A stretch of 64,000 bases of DNA from Botryllus schlosseri (Eukaryota), in NCBI GenBank assembly GCA_051294905.1, contig CM119378.1, positions 558,001-622,000 on the forward strand, written 5' to 3'. Both the position numbers and the translations under genes were made by a program. The notes below the pieces were generated by a model. The model was not told where the DNA came from. It did no database searches and worked only from the letters and a program-made list of their open reading frames with translations. Of the stretch, positions 1 through 12,800 are shown one piece after another; the stretch's first letter is position 1; the number at the start of each line of letters is the position of its first letter.

Positions 1-583
1 TAAATATCGCCACAGCGCGACAACGTACTCTCACATCATATCGGTCGTCAGTGATTATCTTGTACATCTCAGGCAGCAATGCAGGAATTACTTTCACCAT
101 ATGTAAGTCCGTGACTTCTCGGATAAACTCAGTCAAAACACGCATCGCCCCGTGCACAGAGCACGGTTCTTCAGACGCAAGCCCCTGCATTAAACAGTCA
201 AATAATCCTGGCCACTGTTCGGGCCAGTCCCAGCTTGCAATAGCAGAAACGGCATAAGCTACGCCAGTTCTGATTTTATGCTGCGGGTCTCCTAAACCCA
301 AAGGTAGCATTTGACGAATTGCTATCTTAGCAGACTCACTTGCTTCTGGCGATTTAAATTTTTCTGATAACTGGCTCCAGTGCGTGTCCACGTATCTTTT
401 TAATATCAGAGAAGCAAGCTGTCTCAGCCCGGGATCGTAGCTCTGATCGACGGTTATCTTTGCAAGGTGAACGCAAAAATCTTCGGTGACTTCTAAAATC
501 TGTAGCTCGGCTTCGGCTCCTTTTCGGATTGTAAAGTCTGGTGACATTGCAGAAGTCAGAGTCATAAGGATCTGGTCCGCCAT
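1..583 (-). CDS. IPO9: Importin-9, N-terminal 194 codons (runs off window edge)
   Basis: Open frame from ATG at 583: MADQILMTLTSAMSPDFTIRKGAEAELQILEVTEDFCVHLAKITVD...RQLASLILKRYVDTHWSQLSEKF...VAYAVSAIASWDWPEQWPGLF...VHGAMRVLTEF. Matches the importin-9 IBN_N/HEAT N-terminus. Confidence 0.95.
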   Translation of the reverse strand, partial: MADQILMTLTSAMSPDFTIRKGAEAELQILEVTEDFCVHLAKITVDQSYDPGLRQLASLILKRYVDTHWSQLSEKFKSPEASESAKIAIRQMLPLGLGDPQHKIRTGVAYAVSAIASWDWPEQWPGLFDCLMQGLASEEPCSVHGAMRVLTEFIREVTDLHMVKVIPALLPEMYKIITDDRYDVRVRCRAVAIF

Positions 584-901
584 GTTTTTATCCGAATGCG
601 CCATTACGGCTGGAAGCTATATTGCCTGGGTATAATATTATGCGAAGTTCCGTGAAAATAATTCAAATTTCTGTTTTAATTATCCCCGAACTAAGCCCAT
701 GAAATTAATGCAAAACTATGTACCTTTGCGAATGAGAAATACTGCAAAATTTTCACCTGTTCGCAGTTTGCATTCATTGGCGGCGTAGCCGCAAGCATTA
801 AGCAATGCGATTTCAGAACTCTATGATTCGACACGGACGGTTGCCGTATCTGTAGCAAAAAAGGAAAATCGGTTCAATTTTTCATCAGTTCAATACACCA
901 C

Positions 902-931
902 CACAACAACAACAACAAACAACAACAACAA
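902..931. repeat. (AAC)n microsatellite
   Basis: Direct reading. Confidence 0.7.
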
Positions 932-1372
932 AGATAGGAAGCTGTCGAAACTACTAGGAGTAGTCTTTGAAATCAGACACCTTCCATATTAAAATCGGCT
1001 TATGATATCGGTTATCGGCCTTGTGAGTGTGTCGATATATTGGTATCGGTATCGGCCTGTAAAAATCAATATTGGTCGACCTCTATTGTTTAGGCCAGCT
1101 ATTATATCTTGCGCACATGTCCTGTCGCGATAATTAGCGATAATTGCCACGCGAGCGTGCGGGAATTAATGACCTTTTTGCGAAATTTTACGAAATACTG
1201 GGTACGATGGCTGAATGTGATGCGCGATCGAAAACAAACATGAAGGTGTGATATCAAGTTTTATTTCGAGGAATATTTTTTTCAAGACTTGTGCACAATG
1301 CGCACCTCCCCCCTGATTTTAGGACCAAATATTCGGTAGAAATATGCTCACTATACATGGACAATTCCGATA

Positions 1373-2100
1373 GTCTTACCAAGTATGCTTTCTGTCTCAG
1401 AAGTAAGACCCAAATTGATCGAAAATAGTAGCAGTACTTCATGGGCCTACTTTTCAGAGTTAGGTTCTGAGTGAAGGGAAGCGTGAGAGAGACATGAATT
1501 TGCAGCGTTGGGATAATAGGCCAACTGTGCTAAGGAGCTCACAAGATATTCACTAGACTAGATAATGTTATCAAGGTAGGCCTACATGCCACTTACTACT
1601 TGATATGTAAAACTCAGAACAATATATAGGATACTTTCCGGTCATCTTTTTAATACCAGGGACCGCGATATTTATTGACTAGGAGACTATAGCAAAATTC
1701 GTCTTAAAAACAAGACCAAAGACTGAAGCATAAAAAATTGTCTCAACAAGCTAGTTGTGTATTTTGTGTTCTTATTTTAGACAACTTTTCGGTCTTATTT
1801 ATTACATCAGGGACCACAATGTTTCTTAACTAGGAAAATTCGTCCTAAAAACAAGAGCAAAAAACTGCATCATCAAAAATTGTCTCAATAAGTTAGTTAT
1901 GTTTTGTGTTAAATTGTCTTAATAGACGTTTTATAAGACGCGTTAATTGGGCTTATTTTTGAGACCGAAGAATCGTGACAAGTCTATATGGTCCTCAGTT
2001 TTGAGACCTCATTTCATCATTAATACTCAAATTGCTGAAAATCACACTGAATCATACTAATGTCTCAAATATGAGACTTAGTCTAATTATTTTTGTAGTG
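1373..2100. mobile_element. CACTA-type element fragment with ~150-bp tandem duplication
   Basis: Right end TTTTTGTAGTG (CACTACAAAA reverse complement), GAGAC/GTCTC subterminal repeats, duplicated unit ~1637-1790/1787-1910. Confidence 0.5.
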
Positions 2101-2867
2101 TATTATCTATAGTTTGTTACGGTCTGTAAAATCATGAGATTAAAACTAACTTTATGATCTGCGATCAACCGATTTCCGTTTTCCTGAAATGCTAAATCCT
2201 GATAATCGCGATAATCGACTTTATTGATAATCCAACTTTATGAACTCTTCCCTAAATGTCGTGGAAAACGTGGATAGGGGTTTAAGGAGAGTTGAAAATG
2301 TATCATATTTAACATTGTTTCGAATTATGACGACAAATTATCAGTATTATTTTTTATTAATTAACCGTCCCTTTCTCATTACCTATTAGCAACATATCCA
2401 CTGTGAAGCATTTATTAATAATGTAATTCAATGCTTTAAATTTAAAAATAAAATTATTGCAATGGAAAATACAGCTGAAATATTTGATTCGGCCGGCCAA
2501 CCTATTTTCTGATTCTCATTTGGCCCGCGAAAATAAATGCCCACCCCTGCCGAACAGTCATAGTAGTTATTGTGACTATAGCCATGCTGGCATAGTAGCA
2601 TGCAATCTGGCATAACATTCTAGTTTCGATCAGAAACAGAACAGCAACAGACAAAAAGATATAGTTAACACAGCAACACAGGCTTGTACATTTTCATGCC
2701 TTCTCAACTATACCAAGAAAAAAGAGGATGATTGCTTCAGATCTAACCTAAGAGAGACAGTTTTTATTGAGTGAAAATTACACTCAAATAAAATACAGGC
2801 TGCATCATATGATATCCAGTCAGCTGCATCGATGGAGCACAAAATCGTCTAAGAAAATGTATCAGAG

Positions 2868-3192
2868 CAGTGGTTCTCAAACTGTCTGGTCCGGCCCCTC
2901 TTGAAAGGGGGTGGGGTGGGTGGGGTATGAAAACATGTGAAGAGGGGCGCGAAGCTGCGGTTAAATAAAAAAATTCGCGCCCTATGTGCTATTTACCTCC
3001 AATTCATAGTCATTGCTCTGTGTATAAGTCCTAATTTCATATTTGAGAATTCTCTGATCACCATCCGTGTCATCAAACTATGCGTTGGGATTGCCTACAT
3101 TTTGATTGCATTTGTGATGTGACGGTAAGGTAGGTGCGAAATATTTCACTATCAAAAAGGGGGGCGTATCTAAAAAAATTTGAGAACCGCTG
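2868..3192. mobile_element. hAT MITE
   Basis: CAG(T/C)GGTTCTCAAA TIR; TSD TAT(C/T)AGAG. Confidence 0.75.
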
Positions 3193-3239
3193 TATTAGAG
3201 GTAAAGTGGGAATCTATTATCCAGCAGAGTGTGAGAGCA

Positions 3240-3352
3240 TGGACTGTGATGTTTTGAGTTACTGGAAAACAGAAAACCTTTTCCCTGATCTTAAGGTCGC
3301 TTCCCGAGAACACGTAGGTATGACTGTAACATCTTCTCCAATGGAAAGAGTT
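3240..3352 (+). pseudogene. hAT transposase C-terminal dimerisation-domain remnant
   Basis: DVLSYWKTENLFPDLKVASREHVGMTVTSSPMERV. Confidence 0.6.
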
Positions 3353-4166
3353 CAGCCTTGCAGGAGATCTGTTTAGTGCAGGTGTCGCCAACTCAAAACG
3401 GGTCGCGGATCACTTTTAAATTTCGTACATGCAAGAATGCAATAAGGAGAAAAAATGGGCCACACAGTTGAGTAACCAAGTTTTTAAAACTTTACGTCAG
3501 TACCAGGGCCGTGCAGTCGGAGTTTCGCTAATTTTTTCCTTAATGGAATCGGAGTCGTGGTCGGAATTTGTGAAAATGTTCCTGCCTCCTACTCAAACTT
3601 CTTTATTATCAAAGCAAGTGCTTTCAAAGATTACTACTACAATTATAGTCATATCAAGTTGAATGAAATTATATGTACCAACCAGGGCTTTGGAGTCGGT
3701 ATATTTTACAACCGACACCAACTCCGACTCCACACATTTTCAATATACCAACTCTTATAGTCCGACTATTTTATTAAGAAAATTATGCCACAGTGACGTT
3801 TAAATAACTATCATATAGGCTAACCACTAAACATTCGAAAACATATGATTAACGATGACATGCAAAATTGTTTCATTGTGGCACAGCTCGAATTATTCAC
3901 AATGCAATTAACATAAAAGAATGCCTTTCTAAATATCCTTCATTTTTTCAGTTTTTATAACATTGACTCTCTAATATCCTAATATGCATGAATCATTCAA
4001 GCATGACATAAATCCAATCCTGCACAATTAAAATGCAGATTAAACAATCGAAGTGTAGCTCTTGTGTGATTCAGCAACTCATACAAAGATAAAATTTAAT
4101 GATTTTCTCATTACACACTACTAATAACATTGTTCAGAAACGAAATTTAAGAAGTAGTGAAATAGC

Positions 4167-5228
4167 CATAGGTGGTCCGTAACGAAGTAGCCTACTTATA
4201 CTTTTTGTAAGTACTCAAGTAGCTTTCCTCTACTTATGGTACTTACTCAATTAGATCTGATTTTTTTTCTACTTCGACTTCGTAATATTTTGTGGTCTAC
4301 TTACTTACTTTTCGCTATTTTCAGTTTGACAAGTAGAAGTAGTTTAGTCCCTCGATACGAAAGATTTCCTGAGGAATTTCGGGGCTGTTTTCTCGGAGTA
4401 CCAACATTTAATATTTATATTAGTCCAGTAAAGTCCAGCAATTTTGTTGCGCTTTACTCACAAATAGTTATGGAGTTACAAATATGTTTTCACGAAAGTA
4501 TCATTGAATATAATTTAGGTACCGGATTGCTTGGTTTTTTAATGTTTTAGCAGATCACGTTTGGAGCTTTATGGAAAAAAGATATGAAATATATTTTACG
4601 CTTTTTAGAAGTGGTATTTGTATTTTACTTTCAATTCCGAGTATCATATTTTGAGTTCTAATTACTTCCAGTTCTTTTGTCTGCAGAACATACATTTTAA
4701 AGCATAAAAGGAAGTGTAGTAATGCCTCTATTTTCCGAAAATAAAGCTACATAAAATATATATATTACGATCCACAATATTTGTTATTAACGTATACCAA
4801 TTGCGCAATGTGTTGAAGTCACATCCGGTACGACTTCTCCGTATTACTCTCCGCCTAAACTTGGGCCTTATAATATGGGGTAGGGTTTTCTAGAACGGGG
4901 TCTTCTAGTAAACATAGGATTAGTATCGCATTTTCGTATCAATACTAAAATATGCATCCCATGATGCGAAAGAATGCTTATTCGGTCGAAAATACCTCAT
5001 GGGATGCATCAATACGGATCAAGCTCTCCGCACTATCTAAATATATCAATTTGCAGCTTTTTACAGCCCATGCGAACGAATTAAGACTTTTCAAACCTAC
5101 TTACTTACTTGAGTAGATTCAAAGTCAGTCAATTCTACTTCTACTTCCAGTAGTTTCAGGTCGCATATGGAAGAAGTACTTCTACTACTAGTACTTGAGT
5201 AGATTTCCTGGCTACTTGACCACCTCTG
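4167..5228. mobile_element. hAT-type MITE
   Basis: CA(T/G)AGGTGGTC TIR; TSD GAAATAGC. Confidence 0.85.
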
Positions 5229-6743
5229 GAAATAGCATGTCTAGCCTCCGCGCTTGGCGCGATCTCATGATTTCGTGGACTTTGGCCGAAAAGGACTGAC
5301 CGGAAACGTCGATATATGCGTGTGTGTTTTGTTGTCCATGACTCGATGCGAGTTGGTCAACGCGAAGCAAGAAACCGCAAGAGACAATTACTGATTGGCT
5401 GCGATTTCGCGTTTGTAACCAGCATTATTGTCTCCTTGAAGTATTCGAGAGTTTTCGTGTGTTACTTGCAAGGCGGTAAGGCCAGTGCGTAGTGTATTTC
5501 GTTAGTCACAGTGGGCATTGCGCGTGAATAACATTGATGCTATGATGCAACTGCTTTATTTCTTGAGGGGGAGACGTATGCATTTCGAAATCAAGCTATC
5601 TAGAGACATTTAAATCGCAAAGCTCAAAGAGAATTTCCAAGTTAATGAAATCTATCGAAAATACTCTATCATCTATGTTGGTTTACGAAATACTTTTGAG
5701 TACCCGCCAACCCCGCGCCGCACCCTATTGGGGAATTTGGGGTGCGGCAGTTATGGACCTGGCAAAAATGCAAAACGTTGTGTGCGACAAACCGTCCTCT
5801 ATAAAATGGGCAATGGTACATTATGACGTAACAAGGAAATGTCCCATCTTTTGTGAAGACAGCTGTTTTATCATTAGGCCTTTTCAGCGCAATCCATGCA
5901 TTGTCTTCCAATATACCTACTACGATGCGAAATAAATGTAATCATGAGTAATCGTGATTACTTTTCCAATGTAATCGTAATCGACTACTTCCTGATTTTG
6001 CTGTAATCGTAATCGTGTGATTCAGAAGTAATCGTAATCGCAATCGATTACATTATTGAAGTAATCACTCCATGTCTGCTTGTAACACCGAGTGCAATGA
6101 ATATGTACACTTTTTGGTTGGGTTAAAGAAGTGCTTTTCTGGCTCTGATTTTGTGGATGGCCAGGTATAACTGTTGTTGCGGTACGTTGTATTCGTAGTA
6201 GACAGAGCAGCTGGCCTACGTCTGGTGTGGTAGTGGGCAATGAGCACAAGAAGCTTGGTTGACTTCGAAACACTCTCGATATTGTGGAAGAGAATTCGAG
6301 CGTGGTCGATTAAATCCACGGCCTTCGGCGCGAAAGACTGCAAACAACTTTTGGCGGTATCACGTTTATTTGGGCAAGGCAATTTTTCCTCTACTCGGCA
6401 GACTCGATCACTACCGCAACGTCACATGGACGCCATCATGAGCATAATTAATTACGATCAAAACCCTCCAAATGTCACTCTTCAGCACCTTAAACATGCA
6501 ATAAAACGTTTGTATACTTTACATTGGGTTGATTTCAATTTCGAAAGTCCACCGGTCCGCCGAATAATCTTTGAAATTTTACCGGTCCGCGAGGTCAAAA
6601 AGGTGAGCTACTGCCCTAGATTATACGGTTGGTAAGCCTCTATACCCCAACCAAAGGTTCGCACTCTCCACTATCAAAGCACCTCAAAAATGAAGTGAAT
6701 GTCTTTCCTCCCATCACAATGCCATACTTCCCGTCTACAAAAG

Positions 6744-6749
6744 TTTATT
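6744..6749 (-). terminator. Putative CCT2 polyadenylation signal AATAAA
   Basis: First AATAAA about 100 nt after the stop on the minus strand. Confidence 0.55.
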
Positions 6750-6849
6750 CAAACCAATGAAAATAATGCATGCACGACAGAAACACACAGACTGCTTTTC
6801 GAGACGCGGCGCAGACTTTGTCTTGGCTCATTTCCGGCAAGCGACTTCA

Positions 6850-6877
6850 TCAGTGCGGGTGGTCCGGGCGTCTTTGT
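6850..6877 (-). CDS. CCT2: CCT2 exon 14 (terminal)
   Basis: ttgcag|A CAA AGA CGC CCG GAC CAC CCG CAC TGA = (R)QRRPDHPH*, resembling the vertebrate RKRVPDHHPC end. Confidence 0.85.
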
Positions 6878-9800
6878 CTGCAACGTTTTCAATCGAGTCA
6901 CTGATAACTAAAACGGGGCCAGGCAAAACCAAGGATTGCAAATGGGTTTCGAGTCGAGCATGAATTGTTATGATATAATACGAGTGAGAGACAATTTTAC
7001 CGAGTACTAAAACCCCAACAACTAAGAGCTATACTGTTAACAACAAATATAGTTTTGATACTTTCAAATATAGTAGCCTTAAAATGTATCACAGCATCAA
7101 AAACTTGTTACTTAGGTTGGTGGAAATGATATTTATGTGAAGTAGTTGAAGCAATAAAATAAGTCAAAAAACAACAAATTATCTTTATCCAATGTAGTAC
7201 TGATAACCGAAAAAAACGCGTCAGTGTGTGAAGCAGAGATCATGGAAATTTTAAAACAGGAAAATGGACGAGAAAGTTTTCAGCTGTCACAAATTGGATT
7301 AAAAGTAGAATAGACAGTTTTTCCAGATTAGATTAAAATTAAAATCACTGAGATCTGAAACACTCGGAAATTGAATGCAATTCTGAATTAGGAGAAATAC
7401 AACAAAAACCAATTCATCATATCATATCAGAGTTCTGATAAAACACGAGAATGACGAATGTCTAAACACAAGCTTTCGGCTCGTTTCCCACTATACAGTT
7501 CGCATTTGCAAGAAAGTCGGTAATTAGATTAGAATCAAAATGAGAGCATTTCACAAATTAGATGACTGGCATTTCTCTTGAACAAGCCTAAGTTGTCAAA
7601 GTTTGGCTGTACCACTATCCCTTATCCATTCTCGAGTTACCTGGGAGCAGCCCTGATGATGTCATCCACTCTCAAGATCATCTCTGCGGCTTCCGACGCG
7701 CTCATCAGAACTTGACGTTTGACTTGAAACGATTCGGTGATGCCCAGCTCGGCGACATCTCCCACGCAGCCCTGGCTCATGTCTGACAAACAACGAATTG
7801 CAGAGAATGGACAACAGAGTTGTTTACATCACCAGACTTGTGCAAATTGCCAGTCTAGTTAGTTGACAGTAAACTGACTACTGGTTTTAGTAGTTCTAGT
7901 TGCAGATAGTTTGAGATGCGCATTAAAAAAAATAGTTACCGAACAGAAAACATGTGTTGTCGTTCAGCAGGAATCCTGTGATGTTCTTGCAACCATTGCT
8001 GGCTCATAGTCATCACTACTGACAGTGACGTAAACAGAAGATAGGTCATAATGGGGGTCGAAATCCCTCCCAATTCAAACTAGAAATCCCGTCCCTTTGA
8101 ATTGCAGATTCTGTGTCCAACATTTCTTAGGCCGTTTGCAATTCAGTGATTTGTATTATCAGCACTGCCATTTTAATAGAGTTAGTTCTAGTTGCACGTT
8201 TTAAATGCAAGTACCGTAATTTTCCAAGTATAGTACGCACCCTAAAAATGGCATGCACATTCTGGGAAAAAGCCTGCACCCATGTATACTGCGCACCCTG
8301 CATTTACAGTACATGAATAGCTGTGTTTTAGTATACTATGTTGTCTGTTTTGCGATGTCACTGTTCAACAATCATGCCATAACCATCGCCAATAATTATA
8401 CAATGAACGGCATTGTCTCTAAACCAGCGGTTCTTAACCTTGCAAGTTTGAAGGGGGCGGAAACGCACAGGGGGCGATATGAGGGGCGCTGAAGCAAAAT
8501 GGCTTCGCAGTAGACGATGTAGTAGTAGGACATATCCTTAATGAGTATTCAGAACAAATTAACATACCACAAAACATGTCAAATCCCGAAATTGTTGGTC
8601 GCCCCACGCGACGATGTTTGCTACTTATGTTTTCATAAATGTAGTGGGTTATTATAATTCCTGTAAAACGAATTGCGCGTACTTTTAGATCGCCAATTCC
8701 CCGTTAAAACACTGCCGTCACGCTTGCTAGGGTTATTTTCAACAAAATGTTTCGATTTAGGTATTATATCCTGCAGCGCACAGCGTTTGAAAATAGATCA
8801 AGGAGGCAGTATATCACTTTTGAGAGTGAGAGCCCCTTGTACATAAAATATGTTTTGAAGCTTTGTGCACAAAATTAATAACTAAATATACTTGTATTTG
8901 AGAGCTACAAAATTAAATCGTCAGAATATTTCTTCATCATATCATATGTGGGGTTGACAGCTTCACATGAACGTTATATAATATGAGCTGCTTTGTTGGG
9001 AATACATTCATGTTAAAATTAATAACTGGGTGCAATACTAAATTCATTGAGAGCAGATATATGCATCCCATTCTCAGTCGACTTACTTAGTCACACAAAA
9101 CACTAAGACAAAATCCAATACCATTAATTTCCTCATATTTCTAATCGCAGATGTGAATTCGCGAAGGTACGAACGACAGGGTATGAGACCGTACCCGATT
9201 GCTGTTATAACAACCATGATTTGACGCAGCGAGAAAACCATAGCCCAAGAGGATTGCCCTTATGGTGAACGTAAACTTCGATCTCTATAAGTCTAATTGT
9301 CCATAGGTGCTTAAAATCGCTCGTGCCGAATTATCATGTCGTCGCAATCCGCACCCCACAGGACAAATAACATCCATCAGAGAAAAATTATTTGCCAGTG
9401 AAGAAATACCAATTTTGAATCGCGCTTGCTTGAATTGCTTAGTTCAGTTCAATACGTTTATGCGTTTCAATATCTTTTGACTATGTAGCAGACAAGAGGT
9501 AACAAAATAACAACATGTAACTAAGTAATTGTACCAACGGGCACGCCCGAATATGCTCAATTATTAATTACGTGGCCTTCATTTTCCAATACAATATAGC
9601 TCACTCAGCACTACTGGTGAATCTGATTACGTGGGCTGAGAGGTTTAACTGCATATATATGCAATTACCATCTATTCATTCATGCATCATAGAAAATTTT
9701 GTCGCCTAGGCCACATAAACTTTGCTTACCATTGAAATCATGCGACGCGGTTCTTGGGGGTGAAGCCCCCAGAAGTTTGGTTTATCACGCTATGGGTGCG

Positions 9801-12800
9801 AAAGACAATCGTTTTTTAGGGGGGCTGACAAAGTGCTGTTACAGCCCTCCCTCTTACCCATTGTCTTTATTACAGTCCTTACAATATGAGGTAGGGGGCG
9901 CTGGAGGAAAAAAGGTTATGAACCACTGCTCTAAACGATAGTAGATAGCCCCCAAAGCCTGCGAGGCCAGCGACGTGATAGTTCAGGCCAGCGACACGAC
10001 ATCTTGCTAACGGTTATGTCGTCCACACCAGGCCTGTTGGAGATGCGGCTGATTACGCAAGCGATTATATCTTGCGCGCATGGCCTGTTGTTCATGCCTG
10101 TCGTTGAAGCGATGAATTAGCGCAGAGCGCATGCTGAGCAGACGGCTCTCGTTAATTGGCAACATGCTTCTCGATCTATAATACGAATTACAGGGCACGA
10201 TGACTGAATGTGATACGCGATTAAAACAAACATGAAGAAAGGTGTGATTTCAAGTTTTTTAGTGACGTAGATTTTTTCAAGGCTTGTTGTACCCACGTAT
10301 AATACGCACCCCCGATTTTAGCGCAAAGAATCGGTAACATTTTGCGCATTATACATGGAAAATTACGGTAGTTCTAGCCGTGCATTTTGAAAAGTGAGTA
10401 GTTCTAGTAGTAGCTGCGCATTTTGTAAATCCAGTGTACAAGTCTGGAATGGGATTGAATTTGATTCCTGCACTCACCCAAACCCGCAGTTTTGTTGCCT
10501 TCGGTGTGGGCCGCTCGTAATTGCGACACGAGTTCAGCGCTGTCGTAGCCTGCGTTGTCAGCAATAATGATCGGGATCTGGAAAAAATTTGCTTTTTTGA
10601 GCCGAGACTAATAACTAGCACCTTCACCAATAACCACGATATTCCAAAGACATTGACGACATTATGACTTGGACCCGGACTCGACAGTAGGACTCGACCC
10701 TTTGCTCCCTAACTCGGAATCGAGTCACAACAATTAAAGTAAATTGACTCGTGACTCGAAACCTTGTGACTTTGTTACAACTATAGCCAGCCCAATTTTG
10801 CATCCGATACCGATAACTAGCTAGCACATTCGCCGATACCCCGGGTCTAATCAGTTGATATCAGAAGACATGGCATCTGCCTTAAGGCATATTTACAGAA
10901 TTGCGGAGCATTTATTTTAACAGCTTCACAGCCATCGCTATGTCTGGACATGAAATAAACTAGAGCAGTGCTTTTCAACCTGTGTGAAGGTTCGCACTTG
11001 TGCGAATGAAAAAAATTTCAGTGCGAATGACGAAGGTGGTGCGAATGAAAAATCAGGATGAGTGCGAATGAAAATCGTGAATAATTGTTAATTTTTCTGA
11101 CGTGGAATAATTGAAATAAACCTAATAGGAAATTCAAGGACAGTGTAACTGTTGGAGTTGAGACGCAATTGTAAAAACTTGTTTAACTTACGACGCACCA
11201 CTAATCGTAGCTTTCACAAGCCGCAGGGAATTAATATTTTGGCACTATAATTATTACGTAACCAAAATCCTGGTCTGGAAACTAGTGTAGTGGCAGATAT
11301 GTATATTATATTTGTTGAATTTATTGCAAAAAATCCTGCGATAGTTTTTACATATCGAAGGTCACATTAGTCAATAAGCGAGACACGCAGAAGATATGGC
11401 TTTATCATGAGAATGCGTGATAAGATTTGTCCGGTCGGTTTTCCTTGTAAACATGGTCGAAGACCGTTGTGATCAATGTTCCCTACAAGCTGCGCACGTG
11501 CGCAATTGCGCAGTGCTGACACGGTATTTGCTCACTGAAAATCTAAGCTGCGCACAAAAAATTCGCAGTGATGATTTTTTTTCAGACGTTACGCACTGTT
11601 GTCCAAATGACCGCGCAGTAAGTTGGTGAGTGCGCGCAGACTCGTGAAAAATTAGAGGGAACAGTGGTTGGGAAGAACTAGTGTATGGGTGAACAACGAT
11701 CGAGACTCATTTATTTCGAGGCCAATCACTTCTGCGTCGGGGCACATGAAGACGTTAAGCTTTTGCCAACAAACCGCTGATAAAATGCGGCCCCAAAAAC
11801 ATAAGCGGCGACGAAACCATGGCCAAAAAATTACCTATTCTGGATGGCCAAACCTTTAGATATGGCTAATTGGCTATGCTCCGTTGTCTGCACGGAATAG
11901 TCCCGGTATTGCAATCTGAGTAGACAGTAGTTACAGCAGTACAACTGCGACATGCAGAGTTATTTAATTCACCTTAATTTGAAATCGCGTGCGTCAGACA
12001 TGTTTAGTAGAGCTGTATGGGGTATAGAATTGTGGTGTGCGCGTTTTGTATGTCATATATGTCCGTAAAATCGTAGCATACTACTGTAATATTAAAAATG
12101 AATTCCTTTTTGTGGGTGAGGCTCGGGTCGCGAGATGCCACAAAAACTCAGATTGGTGGTAGTCTAAAAAGCTGCTTTACCGTTATTAAACTGTTATGAA
12201 TTCTCAAGTTAGATTGAGCGAAAGAGCAGAACAAACGGTATCGTCAGATTATTTGCTCTTCTCATTTACTCGCGAGACAGAAAATGGAAAAGCGAAAAAA
12301 AAAAACAGAACACCAGTTGGAGTAACGTATCGTAAGGTAGCGAGCTCTAATGTGCCTACTCTCCTTGATAGTTTTGAACCTGATTTTCTAAGACATAAGG
12401 GAAAAGCCTCAACACAAACATTTGAGTTTTTCACCCTTCCGACAAACTGGAGCCTCCGGGACCTTTGTGTCAGCTCTCAAAAATGATTTCTGCCAGTAAG
12501 TATTATTCACTCGCGAAAAAGACGCTGTATTTTCGATAGGAGTGCAGAACAGATTTCAAGACCTGGCCGTCCAAGCACTAGTAGACGCTCTTGTGCAAAA
12601 CCAAACAACTCGTTTGGCCGAGAAGAGTTTTAGTGAAATAGTTGAAATCAAAACGAGCGAAAAAAGTGGCCCTTTTAATGGGACACTTGATAGCTTAAGC
12701 TATATGGTAGACAATTTGTTTCACTTCTGAACAAAATGTTAAGTATCTTCATCTTCGTTATGTATAACAATTTTCGGTTAGTTGGTGCGAATGAAATTTA

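Noticed and set aside
5940..6065. GTAATC repeat array as CRISPR-like or regulatory array
   Set aside because: Irregular short subterminal repeats of a hAT-type MITE end, with no repeat-spacer periodicity, in a eukaryotic context.
6672..6734. Alternative CCT2 terminal exon (tgtag|REVWHCDG...)
   Set aside because: It lies beyond the AATAAA and does not resemble the CCT2 C-terminus; 6850-6877 fits.
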